Shown here: positions 38,133 through 47,541 of the stretch, piece after piece
How positions within the stretch are numbered: position 1 is the first letter of the stretch
How the letters are laid out: every line of letters begins with the position of its first letter
Source: Thermodesulfobacteriota bacterium
GTDB taxonomy: Bacteria > Desulfobacterota_D > UBA1144 > Nemesobacterales > UBA2774
Assembly: GCA_965223335.1 (NCBI GenBank)
Contig: OZ244991.1
Span: forward strand, 704,001 to 768,000
Direction of reading: 5' to 3'
Length of the DNA: 64,000 nucleotides
Program-made: the position numbers and the translations under genes
The notes under the pieces: model-generated
What the model saw: only the letters and a program-made list of their open reading frames with translations
The model's database searches: none
What the model was told of the DNA's origin: nothing

Positions 38133-38636
38133 CTAAGGGGTTAGCATCTCTATAGTATCCTTATGCGCGGGGAACTCCTCAATGAGTGATGCACTTTCCC
38201 CAAGCTCAAAATCATCAAAATCAAACCCGGGTGCCATAGTCGTACCCATTAGCGCAAACTCTCCCCCATCCACCAAGTAAGAGCCGTGCCACACCCCCGC
38301 AGGCACAACCACCTGGACAAACTGGCCGGCCTCAATATCAGGACCCAAAAAAACTATTTTCGCACTACCGTCGGGGTTAAGCTGGATCAACTGCACAGGG
38401 TCGCCGAGATAAAAATGATAGATCTCATCTGTCGGCAGCCGGTGGAGAAAAGACTTAGTCTCAGGTGTGTGCATGAAATAAATAGCCGTGCAATGATGCT
38501 TATCGCCGATATAGTGTTCCGGCAGTGCATCTTTGGTAATCTTGTGAGCTGACCTGTAAGTCTCTGTATAAAATCCACCCTCTTGCGGATGGGGTTTCAT
38601 ATTATAGATCCTTATAAGTTTCTCGGCGGTAAGCAT
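38133..38636 (-). CDS. Cupin superfamily protein (DUF985-like)
   Basis: PHPQEGGFYTET, TAIYF, LHRL..DEIYHFY.GDP, APGFDFDDFE. Confidence 0.85.
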   Translation of the reverse strand: MLTAEKLIRIYNMKPHPQEGGFYTETYRSAHKITKDALPEHYIGDKHHCTAIYFMHTPETKSFLHRLPTDEIYHFYLGDPVQLIQLNPDGSAKIVFLGPDIEAGQFVQVVVPAGVWHGSYLVDGGEFALMGTTMAPGFDFDDFELGESASLIEEFPAHKDTIEMLTP

Positions 38637-38761
38637 CCAACACTCCCTAACTAAAGGAATATGATAACAACAATTATAGGGTTTGGAAAAAGGTCTTGAA
38701 TATCTTTCAAACGTGATTAATTTGAAATTGTAATGATAAATAACAATATGGAGGTATCGAC

Positions 38762-39208
38762 ATGAAACTAAGACTATGGGAACCTTTTGAAAGAGTTAGA
38801 CCGTTTACAAAAGAGTGGGAAGAGTGGATTAACGAAGCATCCAAGGCTATGTCGCCTCGTGAGGGACTCGACAATGCTACATGGACACCTAAGGTGGATG
38901 TAGTGGAAAATGAGGATAGCTATGTAGTAAACGCAGATATCCCTGGGATGAATAAAGAGGATATCAAAATCGATATAGACGATAATACGCTTACGATTAA
39001 AGGCGAGAAAAAGCTCGAGAACAAAGAAGAAAAAGAGAACTACATAAGAATTGAACGTAGTTACGGTAGCTTCTTTAGAACCTTCGCTCTTTCTGAAAAT
39101 GTTGACAGGGAAAACATCAAAGCCAACTACAAAGACGGTGTCTTGGAACTCACACTGCCGAAAAAAGAAGAAGCCAAACCCAAGCAAATTGAAGTAGAAG
39201 TGAACTAA
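38762..39208 (+). CDS. Small heat-shock protein Hsp20
   Basis: PKVDV.E, ADIPG, ERSYGSF.R.F.L, A.YKDGVLEL.LPK. Confidence 0.95.
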   Translation: MKLRLWEPFERVRPFTKEWEEWINEASKAMSPREGLDNATWTPKVDVVENEDSYVVNADIPGMNKEDIKIDIDDNTLTIKGEKKLENKEEKENYIRIERSYGSFFRTFALSENVDRENIKANYKDGVLELTLPKKEEAKPKQIEVEVN

Positions 39209-39217
39209 ATTGAACTG

Positions 39218-39257
39218 CCTCCCCCTCTCTCCCCCTGCATGGGGAGGGAGGGGTTTT
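39218..39257 (+). terminator. Terminator after hsp20
   Basis: C-rich/G-rich hairpin CCCCTCTCTCCCC...GGGGAGGGAGGGG followed by TTTT. Confidence 0.65.
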
Positions 39258-39276
39258 CCATACCCACCTATAATTT

Positions 39277-40203
39277 TTAGATACCGAGCTTATTCCTAAG
39301 CTCTCTATCCACCGGTTTATTCTGATTCCAGTAGTCGGTTATAAGGGTTTTCTTTTTAACTGCCTTTGTACTAAGCACCTTTTTATTATCCCCAAAACCG
39401 CTTACATACTGCTCTTCCCAAGATGTAATTTCGTGCGGAAACTCTTTTTCAAAATTAATACTCAACCTGCGCCTGGTATCCCCGTACTCAAGTGTGTATG
39501 TAATGATGTCTTTTTGCGACGGGTCCTCTTTTAGTGTAGCGCTGGCACTCTCTACCTTAAGCGGTCTATGTGTGAGCCGGGAACTCATTGTGCCGGGGAC
39601 TATATTTATATCCCCCACGGGCAGACTATCGGGTGCGATCCTTATTCGAGTCCATATCTCGTCTTCAAGTAGTGCCGTCTCAACATCATAATCGTTATCG
39701 CCCTCTGACTCGAAATATGAGAACTGTGTGACCTTATAATCCGCACCATCCAGGTTTAACTGAGTGTATGTGTGGCCGCACCACTCCTGTGAGGAGGACG
39801 AGACCTTGAGTGTATTTGGATATTGGTCGAGACCCACCGGTGTAAAGACCGAGTTCATCATGGAGTATCTGTAGATACCGGTATCGAATTTCTTGACGAA
39901 ATTGAGTTTAAGGATCTTAACTGCATCACCACCGGCTGCTGAGGGGTTATCAAGCTTAACCTGTTTATTTTGTGAAAAATCTTCGGTTACATATACCAAC
40001 ACCGCATACCCTTCGTGCAGCTCACCGTAGCGCGCCTGCTCGAGGTCATAGCTCGTAATCTCGGCAGTACCCCCATACCAGTACTCCTTAAACTGAGAGG
40101 ATTTAACCGCATCCTCCACATTTTTTGCTAAAGCACCATAAGGCACCGCCGCAGTTAGAAACATAAGAACTCCAAACAGCATTAATCGAATATAACTGTT
40201 CAT
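39277..40203 (-). CDS. Conserved secreted hypothetical protein
   Basis: Signal peptide. YWY.G.AEITSY.LEQARYGE, TGIY.YS.M, QEWCGH. SD GGAGG. Confidence 0.75.
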   Translation of the reverse strand: MNSYIRLMLFGVLMFLTAAVPYGALAKNVEDAVKSSQFKEYWYGGTAEITSYDLEQARYGELHEGYAVLVYVTEDFSQNKQVKLDNPSAAGGDAVKILKLNFVKKFDTGIYRYSMMNSVFTPVGLDQYPNTLKVSSSSQEWCGHTYTQLNLDGADYKVTQFSYFESEGDNDYDVETALLEDEIWTRIRIAPDSLPVGDINIVPGTMSSRLTHRPLKVESASATLKEDPSQKDIITYTLEYGDTRRRLSINFEKEFPHEITSWEEQYVSGFGDNKKVLSTKAVKKKTLITDYWNQNKPVDRELRNKLGI

Positions 40204-40283
40204 TGATTTACCTCCATAATATTCATAAAGGATACCATAGAGATTATTTAAGTTTTTAAGTAAGGGTAGGAAAAAGTGTATAT

Positions 40284-40331
40284 AAAAAACAAGGGCAAGC
40301 CAGTGAAAAAGTATTTCACCGACCCACCCTT
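40284..40331 (-). terminator. Intrinsic terminator upstream of the 39277-40203 gene
   Basis: Minus strand AAGGGTGGGTCGGTGAAA-loop-TTTCACTGGCTTGCCCTT-GTTTTTT. The 18-bp stem pairs fully only on this strand (G-U pairs). Confidence 0.75.
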
Positions 40332-40440
40332 TGGAGGATGATGGCGATATTAAATGACCGGAGCTATCCGCTCATTTCGTGCTTCCCATAAATTATTCAA
40401 GTAGTAGACCTGTTTAGGCGTTCCTACCATCACCCAATAA
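40284..40440 (-). ncRNA. Candidate structured leader/sRNA containing a 26-codon uORF
   Basis: 10-bp closing stem (40435-40426 with 40345-40336), internal hairpins, terminator, and upstream TATAGT. Confidence 0.4.
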
Positions 40441-40648
40441 TCTAACTATAAACCTATATTAACGAAGATTACAGGTGCCTTAAGTATGTTTTTTTATTTA
40501 ACTTTAGTAATAATGATTGAACATTACATCTAACTTTTGGCTTAAGCCTAAAGTTTAATATTCTACGGCACTATGAAGAGCACGCTTATCCGAGTAGTGT
40601 AGAAAAATGAGATTTGAAAAGAGTTATGGTAGGTTACTGTGCTTATAT

Positions 40649-41647
40649 ATGAAGAAGCTACTTGATTGGGTACATATACCGGGTGTCCACTGCGGGTCGG
40701 TAGCACTTAGGGACGTCATGCAATACCACGGCTACGCTCTCTCGGAACCTATGTGCTTTGGGATAGGCGGGGGCCTTGGGTTTTATTACAGCGTTATGGA
40801 GGAACGTAGCCCGACCAGGATGATTTTTATGAGAGGCCCCGAGATGGAGCCTACATTTTTTAGCATTATCGATAAACCGACCGAGTGGTCTAAGGAACGG
40901 GATAATAACCGTGCTCTCGGGCTTGCAAAAGAAGCGATCGACAACGGCTATCCTCTGCTCCTTCAAACCGATATCTACTACCTCGACTACTACAATTCAA
41001 ACACACATTTTCCGGGCCACATAGTAGCTATGTGGGGATACGATGACGAAACCGGCACAGTATTTATAAGCGACACGGGGTTCGAGGGGTTAAAGCTGGT
41101 AAGCTACGAGGACTTTATGTTGGGCAGATCCTCCAAACACTCATCAAATCCACTTAGCAACAACTGGATCGATGTGAATCCCCAAAAACCGATAGTAGAG
41201 CTCAGAGACGCCATCCCTGCGGCATTGAAAGAGAATGCACGAAAGATGACGGAGGGGCACGGAGGTGCAAGGGGCGAGTCCTCTGTGGAGCTCATAAGGA
41301 CCTGGGCAGAGGACCTACCCAACTGGTCCCTGGCCCAAGACTGGCAATGGTGTGCTAGGTTCGGTTACCAGGTTATTCAAAAAAGGGGCGTCGGAGGCGG
41401 GGGGTTTAGGTATATATACAGAGATTTTCTGGTGGAAGCCGAGGATATTGTCCCAGAACTTAAAGATCTTGGGCTCTCTGGCAGGATGACAGAGATCGCA
41501 GACAAATGGAGCAACATGGGTGATCAGCTAAAGGCTATCAGCGAAAAAGACACCCCAAAAAAAGAGCTTCTTTTACGAGCTTCTTCCCTGGCGCATACTA
41601 TATGGGAGCAGGAAGTTGATTTCTACAACACAGTGCGCGGTTTATGA
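40649..41647 (+). CDS. BtrH N-terminal / DUF4872-like papain-fold protein
   Basis: GVHCGS..LR, LSEPMCFGIGGGL.F.Y, DIYYLDYY...HFPGH....GYD, GGGGFR.IY..FL.EA. Start set at ATG 40649 (ORF track start 40607). Confidence 0.75.
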   Translation: MKKLLDWVHIPGVHCGSVALRDVMQYHGYALSEPMCFGIGGGLGFYYSVMEERSPTRMIFMRGPEMEPTFFSIIDKPTEWSKERDNNRALGLAKEAIDNGYPLLLQTDIYYLDYYNSNTHFPGHIVAMWGYDDETGTVFISDTGFEGLKLVSYEDFMLGRSSKHSSNPLSNNWIDVNPQKPIVELRDAIPAALKENARKMTEGHGGARGESSVELIRTWAEDLPNWSLAQDWQWCARFGYQVIQKRGVGGGGFRYIYRDFLVEAEDIVPELKDLGLSGRMTEIADKWSNMGDQLKAISEKDTPKKELLLRASSLAHTIWEQEVDFYNTVRGL

Positions 41648-42324
41648 AACTTATACTATTCGATATAGACGGCACATTGCTCATATCAGACGGAGCCGGT
41701 ACACGTGCCGCAAATAGAGCATTCGAGGCAATCCACGGAGTCGCCAACGTCATGGAGGGCATTGACGCTGCGGGCAAGACTGACCCTTTGATACTAGAGG
41801 AGATGTACCGAAACGGCCTCGAAAGATCATACACTTCCATAGAAGCCGAGGAGCTGTACGCTCTTTATGTTGGGTACCTGGAGGAAGAGGTTGCAAAGAG
41901 CAGAGAGTTTACAGTTATGCCGGGGGTAAGACCGCTACTCGGCCTCTTGGGTGATAAACAAGATGTAGTAATGGGAGTAGCAACGGGCAACATTGAGAGG
42001 GGGGCAATGATAAAGCTCGGCCATTGTGGTCTGGACAGGCACTTTAAGCTCGGCGGTTACGGCTCTGACTCTGCCATTAGACAGGAGTTAATTCTAATCG
42101 CAATTGAGCGGGCTAAATGTCACCTGCAATATAACAAGGAATTCCAAAAAGTATTTGTGATCGGTGACACGCCCCACGACATATCACATGGAAAGGCCGC
42201 AGGAGCAATCACAATAGCTGTAGCCACCGGTTCTTACACCGCAAAGCAACTAGACGAACACGAACCCGATTATCTGTTCGACGACCTCTCTAAAACCGAT
42301 CTTGTTTTTGAAATTTTTGAGTAG
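41644..42324 (+). CDS. HAD superfamily hydrolase
   Basis: LFDIDGTL, ATGN, IGDTPHD. Confidence 0.9.
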   Translation: MKLILFDIDGTLLISDGAGTRAANRAFEAIHGVANVMEGIDAAGKTDPLILEEMYRNGLERSYTSIEAEELYALYVGYLEEEVAKSREFTVMPGVRPLLGLLGDKQDVVMGVATGNIERGAMIKLGHCGLDRHFKLGGYGSDSAIRQELILIAIERAKCHLQYNKEFQKVFVIGDTPHDISHGKAAGAITIAVATGSYTAKQLDEHEPDYLFDDLSKTDLVFEIFE

Positions 42325-42339
42325 GATTTACTACTTATT

Positions 42340-42906
42340 CTAGCCCAGCCTGCGGAGCAGTGAACTCAATCTCTCGTAATCGTCCCTAAGAAACCTGGTC
42401 AGGCTCTTGCCCATACCTACGAAATAATCCCTGCCCGAGCCCTGAACCTTGGCAGCTTGGTGCAGAGACGATATTATCAGGTCGTCCACAGGAACCTGGG
42501 GTGATGAGATTATGGTGCGTAGGAAAAAGTCCTCGTTGCTAAGCGTTCTTATCTCTTTTTTGTCGCACGCGTATACAAATGTATGTATGGGGGGTGGGAA
42601 CGGGGGAAGGGAATAGATCTGTTTTTTATTGTTTGAATGAGCAAAGGTAAGCACATGGAACTCTGTTTTTAGGAGCTCGAAAATCTGGGGCTGCTCTCTC
42701 CGCAACTCCTCTATACTCATCCCGTGGGGTGTGGGCTTTCTCCCGGGCTCCTTGCTATCGGTTTTAATCTCGTACACAATCCCATATACAACAGGGTCCG
42801 AATCAGTCCGTACAAAACTCCCAAACGGCGGGGCCTCACCAACCGTATGAGTCCCGGCCACAAACCCCTGTGTACTGCTCTCCACAACCTCTCCAATCAC
42901 ACTCAT
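42340..42906 (-). CDS. Stand-alone HAS-barrel domain protein
   Basis: IGEVVESST..F, PPFGSFV, EQPQIFELL.TEF. Translationally coupled to nurA (TAATG overlap). Confidence 0.65.
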   Translation of the reverse strand: MSVIGEVVESSTQGFVAGTHTVGEAPPFGSFVRTDSDPVVYGIVYEIKTDSKEPGRKPTPHGMSIEELRREQPQIFELLKTEFHVLTFAHSNNKKQIYSLPPFPPPIHTFVYACDKKEIRTLSNEDFFLRTIISSPQVPVDDLIISSLHQAAKVQGSGRDYFVGMGKSLTRFLRDDYERLSSLLRRLG

Positions 42907-44078
42907 TATATACCTGGGCTCCTTTTCGAGATGCCTTTTCTCGAGATGTTTACCTTCATCCTCTTCGTCATCAGTGCGTCGCGTACAAGCTCAAAGAAAA
43001 ACTCCCTGTCACGCCCCCTGACCACAGCCTTCTCGTGCGCTTCTGACAATGCCACAGGGTACCCGCTGCCTTTTTTGGCCTGGTCAAAAATAAGCGCGTG
43101 TACCAGATCCAATTTATCTCTGTCACGGGCTACCCATTCTGGTACCTCTACTCGCGCAATCTCATCGCCCACATTGATATAAAAAAAATGTACATGGTGG
43201 GGCCCGTACTGAGACAGTATTTTGGATGCACTCTTAAACACTGCTGACCTCTCACCCTCCTTTAAAACGTTCGAGTAAAGCAGTCTATCCGTAATACCCT
43301 CGATCGGCGCACACGGCAGTTGGGGGAGATCAGTGTAAGGACACTGGTTGCAGAAGCTCGTGGTTTCGGGACAAAGCCCAAGACGAAGCGCATTAACAAC
43401 GTCGGTGCTGCCGGGATGGCTTATATAGCCTGCGATGGGCACACCTATCTCCTGCAGTTTATCCATAATGGAGATTAACTGGGCCAACACCGTCTCCTTA
43501 AAATCACGCGGTGTAGCCTCGAGTTTCCACAAAATCAGTGTACCGTCCGAGAGTGCTATGGTCGGGTTCTCAGATCTATTTTGCTCGGCAAGTTCGGCCA
43601 GCATCCCAAGCTCCATCATGGTGCGTTTCATAGATATGGCATCCTGGTCGGAATAGACCTTCTTTCCGTCCCACATGACATAGCGGTCCTCATCCTTATA
43701 AAAGAGCGTTGGGTCGGAATCAAGCACCGCACCTGCGTTATCTCCATAATTTAAAACCACTTTACTGGTGTTTATCAGATAGCACGGAATAGCCTCGTGT
43801 CGGTCGGGAAAAATCTGCGAGCCGTCCGACGACACCGCACGGTAAGAGGGCGGTCTATCCACTAAGGGATATGTTTTATTAAGTGGCTCATCAAAACCCG
43901 CTACAAGCCATGATGTTTTACTTTTATCAACTTTTTCGGCGAGTGATTCCCAGGACCTAGATTTATCGCTAAGTTCCCTCAGAGCCATGAGTACCTTATC
44001 GCTATACTCGTCCTCAAGGTCCTTACTTTCCTCGACCATCCGGTTAATCTGGGTTTTGAGAGTATTGAATTTGAGCAC
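42906..44078 (-). CDS. nurA: NurA family nuclease
   Basis: DGSQI.PD.H, DGTLI.W, ARVEVPEW, GYPVAL.EAHE.AVV. Confidence 0.85.
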   Translation of the reverse strand: MLKFNTLKTQINRMVEESKDLEDEYSDKVLMALRELSDKSRSWESLAEKVDKSKTSWLVAGFDEPLNKTYPLVDRPPSYRAVSSDGSQIFPDRHEAIPCYLINTSKVVLNYGDNAGAVLDSDPTLFYKDEDRYVMWDGKKVYSDQDAISMKRTMMELGMLAELAEQNRSENPTIALSDGTLILWKLEATPRDFKETVLAQLISIMDKLQEIGVPIAGYISHPGSTDVVNALRLGLCPETTSFCNQCPYTDLPQLPCAPIEGITDRLLYSNVLKEGERSAVFKSASKILSQYGPHHVHFFYINVGDEIARVEVPEWVARDRDKLDLVHALIFDQAKKGSGYPVALSEAHEKAVVRGRDREFFFELVRDALMTKRMKVNISRKGISKRSPGI

Positions 44079-44124
44079 GTAGGCAAAAAAGATAACACGC
44101 CCGTTTATAAAACGAAATAGATAT

Positions 44125-44162
44125 AAAAAAGCGGGCAGCCCAAATAACTGGGGAGCCCGCTT
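44125..44162 (-). terminator. groESL terminator
   Basis: AAGCGGGCTCCCAG...TGGGCTGCCCGCTTTTTT on the minus strand. Confidence 0.8.
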
Positions 44163-44195
44163 CGTAGCTTTTTATACTAACGTTTTTTTCAGGTT

Positions 44196-45866
44196 TTACA
44201 TCATGCCCATTCCGCCGCCCATAGGTCCTCCCGGGCCTCCGATCTGCGGAGGCATCGGACCACCGCCACCCATACCGGCTTCCTCGGTCTGCGGTTTCTC
44301 TGCCACTAGTGCTTCTGTTGTGAGCAGTAACCCCGCCACACTAGACGCGTTCTGTATTGCACTGCGCGTTACCTTTGCCGGGTCCACTATCCCTGCCTCT
44401 ATAAGGTCACAGTACTCTAGCCTCCCTGCATCGAACCCGTTGGAACCCTTCTCCTCACTCACCTTACCTACTACTATTGAGCCGTCCCACCCGGCGTTCG
44501 TTGCTATTCCTCTAAGCGGTTCTTCCAAGACTCTCTTTACTATGTTTACCCCGGCCTGCTCCTCTGCATCAGCTCCGTCAAACCCGTCCACCGCCTTTAT
44601 CGCTCTTATTAATGCTACTCCGCCACCGGCTACTATCCCCTCTTCCACTGCTGCCCTTGTGGCGTTAAGTGCGTCCTCTACCCTGGCCTTCTTCTCCTTC
44701 ATCTCGGCCTCTGTAGCTGCCCCCACTCTTATCACTGCCACTCCACCGGCCAGCTTTGCCAACCGCTCCTGAAGCTTCTCTCTGTCATACTCCCCACTGG
44801 CCTCGTCCACCTGGGCCTTTATCTGGCGTATCCTACCCTCTATCTCGGCCTTCTTCCCGGCCCCGCCTATAATAGTCGCATTGTCCTTGTCTATTACCAC
44901 CTTCTTAGCTCTTCCCAGGTCTGCAAGCTTCGCTCCCTCTAGCTTCATCCCTGCCTCCTCAGCTATTACCTTACCCCCCGTGAGCACTGCTATGTCCTCT
45001 AACATTGCCTTACGCCTGTCACCAAACCCCGGGGCCTTGGCTGCCGCTGCTTTCAGTGTGCCCCTGATCTTGTTCACAACCAGTGTCGCCAGGGCCTCTC
45101 CCTCTATGTCCTCTGCAAGTACCAATAGAGGCTTGGTGCTACGGGCTACCTCTTCGAGTAGCGGTACCAGGTCTTTCATGTTCGAGATCTTCTTGTCGTA
45201 CATTAGTATTAGAGGGTCCTCTAACTCCACCAGCATCTTCTCGGGCTCTGTTACGAAGTACGGGCTTAGGTAACCTCTGTCGAACTGCATCCCCTCTACC
45301 ACGTCGAGGTCGGTTTCCAGGCTTCGTCCCTCTTCCACTGTTATTACTCCGTCTTTACCCACCTTCTCCATTGCGTCTGCTATGATGTTCCCTATTGTCT
45401 CGTCCCCGTTGGCAGACACTGTGGCTACCTGGGCTATCTCTGTACGCCCTTTTACCTGTTTGCTCTGTTTGCGTATGCTGTCCACCACTACTGCTACGGC
45501 TTTGTCTATCCCTCTCTTTAGTTTCATCGGGTCGTGGCCGGCTGCTACCAGTTTTATCCCCTCGCGGAATATGGCCTGGGCCAGCACTGTGGCTGTGGTG
45601 GTACCGTCTCCGGCTACGTCACTTGTCTTGGATGCCACCTCTTTTACCATCTGTGCGCCCATGTTCTCGAACTTGTCCTCTAGCTCGATCTCGTTGGCTA
45701 CCGACACGCCGTCTTTGGTAACCACTGGGGCTCCGAATGTCTTCTCTATTAGCACGTTACGCCCGCGGGGTCCTAGTGTGGCTTTCACAGCTCTTGTGAG
45801 CTGGTCTACCCCTCTTAGTACCGCCTCTTGGGCCTGTCTGTCAAATTTAATTTCCTTTGCTGCCAT
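44196..45866 (-). CDS. groEL: Chaperonin GroEL
   Basis: [33 protein letters not shown]-rich tail. Confidence 0.99.
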   Translation of the reverse strand: MAAKEIKFDRQAQEAVLRGVDQLTRAVKATLGPRGRNVLIEKTFGAPVVTKDGVSVANEIELEDKFENMGAQMVKEVASKTSDVAGDGTTTATVLAQAIFREGIKLVAAGHDPMKLKRGIDKAVAVVVDSIRKQSKQVKGRTEIAQVATVSANGDETIGNIIADAMEKVGKDGVITVEEGRSLETDLDVVEGMQFDRGYLSPYFVTEPEKMLVELEDPLILMYDKKISNMKDLVPLLEEVARSTKPLLVLAEDIEGEALATLVVNKIRGTLKAAAAKAPGFGDRRKAMLEDIAVLTGGKVIAEEAGMKLEGAKLADLGRAKKVVIDKDNATIIGGAGKKAEIEGRIRQIKAQVDEASGEYDREKLQERLAKLAGGVAVIRVGAATEAEMKEKKARVEDALNATRAAVEEGIVAGGGVALIRAIKAVDGFDGADAEEQAGVNIVKRVLEEPLRGIATNAGWDGSIVVGKVSEEKGSNGFDAGRLEYCDLIEAGIVDPAKVTRSAIQNASSVAGLLLTTEALVAEKPQTEEAGMGGGGPMPPQIGGPGGPMGGGMGMM

Positions 45867-45919
45867 TTCGTATTGCCTCCTAACTTTTTTCTGTTTTCTA
45901 TCAGTTAATTTTTGATCTA

Positions 45920-46207
45920 CTAATCAACAACTGCTAAAATCTCGTCTTCGCGAAGTATCATATGCTCTTCGCCCTCGATCGTGATTTCGGTGCCGCCATA
46001 TTTGCTAAAAAGTATCACGTCACCTTTTTTTACATCCAGGGGTTTAAGGGTACCGTCATCTAAAACTCTGCCCTTACCCACCGACACGACCTTGCCTTCC
46101 TGAGGCTTCTCTTTAGCAGTTTCGGGTATTATAATTCCGCCTTCTGTTTTTTCATTGAGATCCTGTCGTTTAATTAAAACCCTGTCATGTAACGGCCTAA
46201 CCTTCAT
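45920..46207 (-). CDS. groES: Co-chaperonin GroES
   Basis: [29 protein letters not shown]. Confidence 0.99.
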   Translation of the reverse strand: MKVRPLHDRVLIKRQDLNEKTEGGIIIPETAKEKPQEGKVVSVGKGRVLDDGTLKPLDVKKGDVILFSKYGGTEITIEGEEHMILREDEILAVVD

Positions 46208-46245
46208 CTCTAGCCTCCTTCATTTTTATGGATTGTATTAGGGCA

Positions 46246-46315
46246 TTAGCACACAGCATCACCCAGACGATGCGCTAATTCGGGATTAAGATAACCTTAA
46301 TAATAATTTTGTCAA
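46246..46315 (-). promoter_or_regulatory. groESL sigma70-like promoter plus CIRCE-like inverted repeat
   Basis: TTGACA-16 bp-TATCTT (46315-46288), then TTAGCGCA-N17-TGTGCTAA (46278-46246). Confidence 0.55.
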
Positions 46316-46419
46316 GTCGGGGGGTTAAACAATTTATACTACTGCATGATCGTGGCAGTTACAATAGTCTGGCTTAATATTCTTGAAAAAATATTATAAA
46401 AAAGATATGTTATCCAACC

Positions 46420-46911
46420 ATGGCAAAAGTAGGAATCATTCTTGGAAGCGATTCTGATCTAGGCAGTATCGAAGACGCAGGGAAAACACTTAGTGAACTC
46501 GGTATTGATTTCGAGCTCCGTGTGGCCTCGGCGCATAGGACCCCCAACAAGGTGAGAACCTATGTGCAGAGTGCCGAGAGGCGCGGAATAGAGGTCATTA
46601 TTGCCGGTGCCGGTTGGGCGGCTCACCTCCCGGGAGTTGTAGCCTCGTACACAACAATACCGGTCATCGGTGTACCAGTGGACTCCTCTGCGCTAAACGG
46701 TATGGATGCCCTTTTGTCGATAGTCCAAATGCCCCCTGGGATCCCGGTTGGAACAATGTCCATCGGCAAGGGTGGAGCCAGGAACGCAGCACTTTATGCA
46801 GCTGCAATTCTAGGGCTTAAATATCCGGATATAAAGAAAAAAGTTAAAGATTACAGGAAGCAGCTTGCACGCAAGGTCGAGCGAGCTGCTAAGAAGACGG
46901 ATATAGGTTAG
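46420..46911 (+). CDS. purE: N5-CAIR mutase
   Basis: GSDSD, SAHRTP, GAG.AAHLPG, PVIGVP, SIVQMPPGIPV. Confidence 0.97.
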   Translation: MAKVGIILGSDSDLGSIEDAGKTLSELGIDFELRVASAHRTPNKVRTYVQSAERRGIEVIIAGAGWAAHLPGVVASYTTIPVIGVPVDSSALNGMDALLSIVQMPPGIPVGTMSIGKGGARNAALYAAAILGLKYPDIKKKVKDYRKQLARKVERAAKKTDIG

Positions 46912-46920
46912 CCGGGACTA

Positions 46921-47541
46921 TTGACACTTGTAGTAAAGGCATCGGACCCGAGTTCAGTATCTGTAACTGCAGACATTATAATCGACGGTGGCGTGGTAGT
47001 GTACCCCACTGACACGCTATACGGTCTTGGTGCGTCTGCTGTTTCCCCTCATAGTGTCGAAAAAATATTCGATATCAAGGGACGCGAACCCAATAACCCC
47101 ATACCCATCTTGACTAGGGATCGAGAAATGATCGAGAACTACTTCGAACTCACCGGCACCGCCCTGAGTCTTATCGATAGATTCCTCCCTGGCCCCCTTA
47201 CAATCGTGCTTAGACCTAAAGTGGACTTCCCCACCCAGGTATCTGCAAATACCGGGAAAATCGGGGTCAGGATTTCGGCCCACCCGTTTGTGCAATCGTT
47301 GTTTAAAGAAATCGATTTTCCGATCACATCCACCAGTGCAAACCCGAGCGGGCAGAGCAATATCTTTGATTTCAGTGAGTTAAAAAAGGCCTTCGAGTCT
47401 AAAGTTGACCTCATAGTTGATTCGGGTAATATTCCGGCCTCGAAGGGATCTACTGTGTTAGACCTGACTCAAATTCCCCCTCTTATGCTTAGAGAAGGCG
47501 AGATAAAAAGAGACACACTCGAGGAGATAATCCAATGGTAA
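46921..47541 (+). CDS. tsaC: Threonylcarbamoyl-AMP synthase (YrdC/Sua5 short form)
   Basis: YPTDTLYGL, IKGR...P, PGPLT, STSANPSG, STVLD, LREG. Confidence 0.9.
   Translation: MTLVVKASDPSSVSVTADIIIDGGVVVYPTDTLYGLGASAVSPHSVEKIFDIKGREPNNPIPILTRDREMIENYFELTGTALSLIDRFLPGPLTIVLRPKVDFPTQVSANTGKIGVRISAHPFVQSLFKEIDFPITSTSANPSGQSNIFDFSELKKAFESKVDLIVDSGNIPASKGSTVLDLTQIPPLMLREGEIKRDTLEEIIQW

Noticed and set aside
40395..40436. Fluoride (crcB) riboswitch or SRP RNA
   Set aside because: Partial word matches only. The fluoride 3' consensus and the SRP tetraloop helix are absent.
44203..45915. Long plus-strand ORFs opposite groEL
   Set aside because: Antisense shadow frames caused by codon bias in a highly conserved gene.
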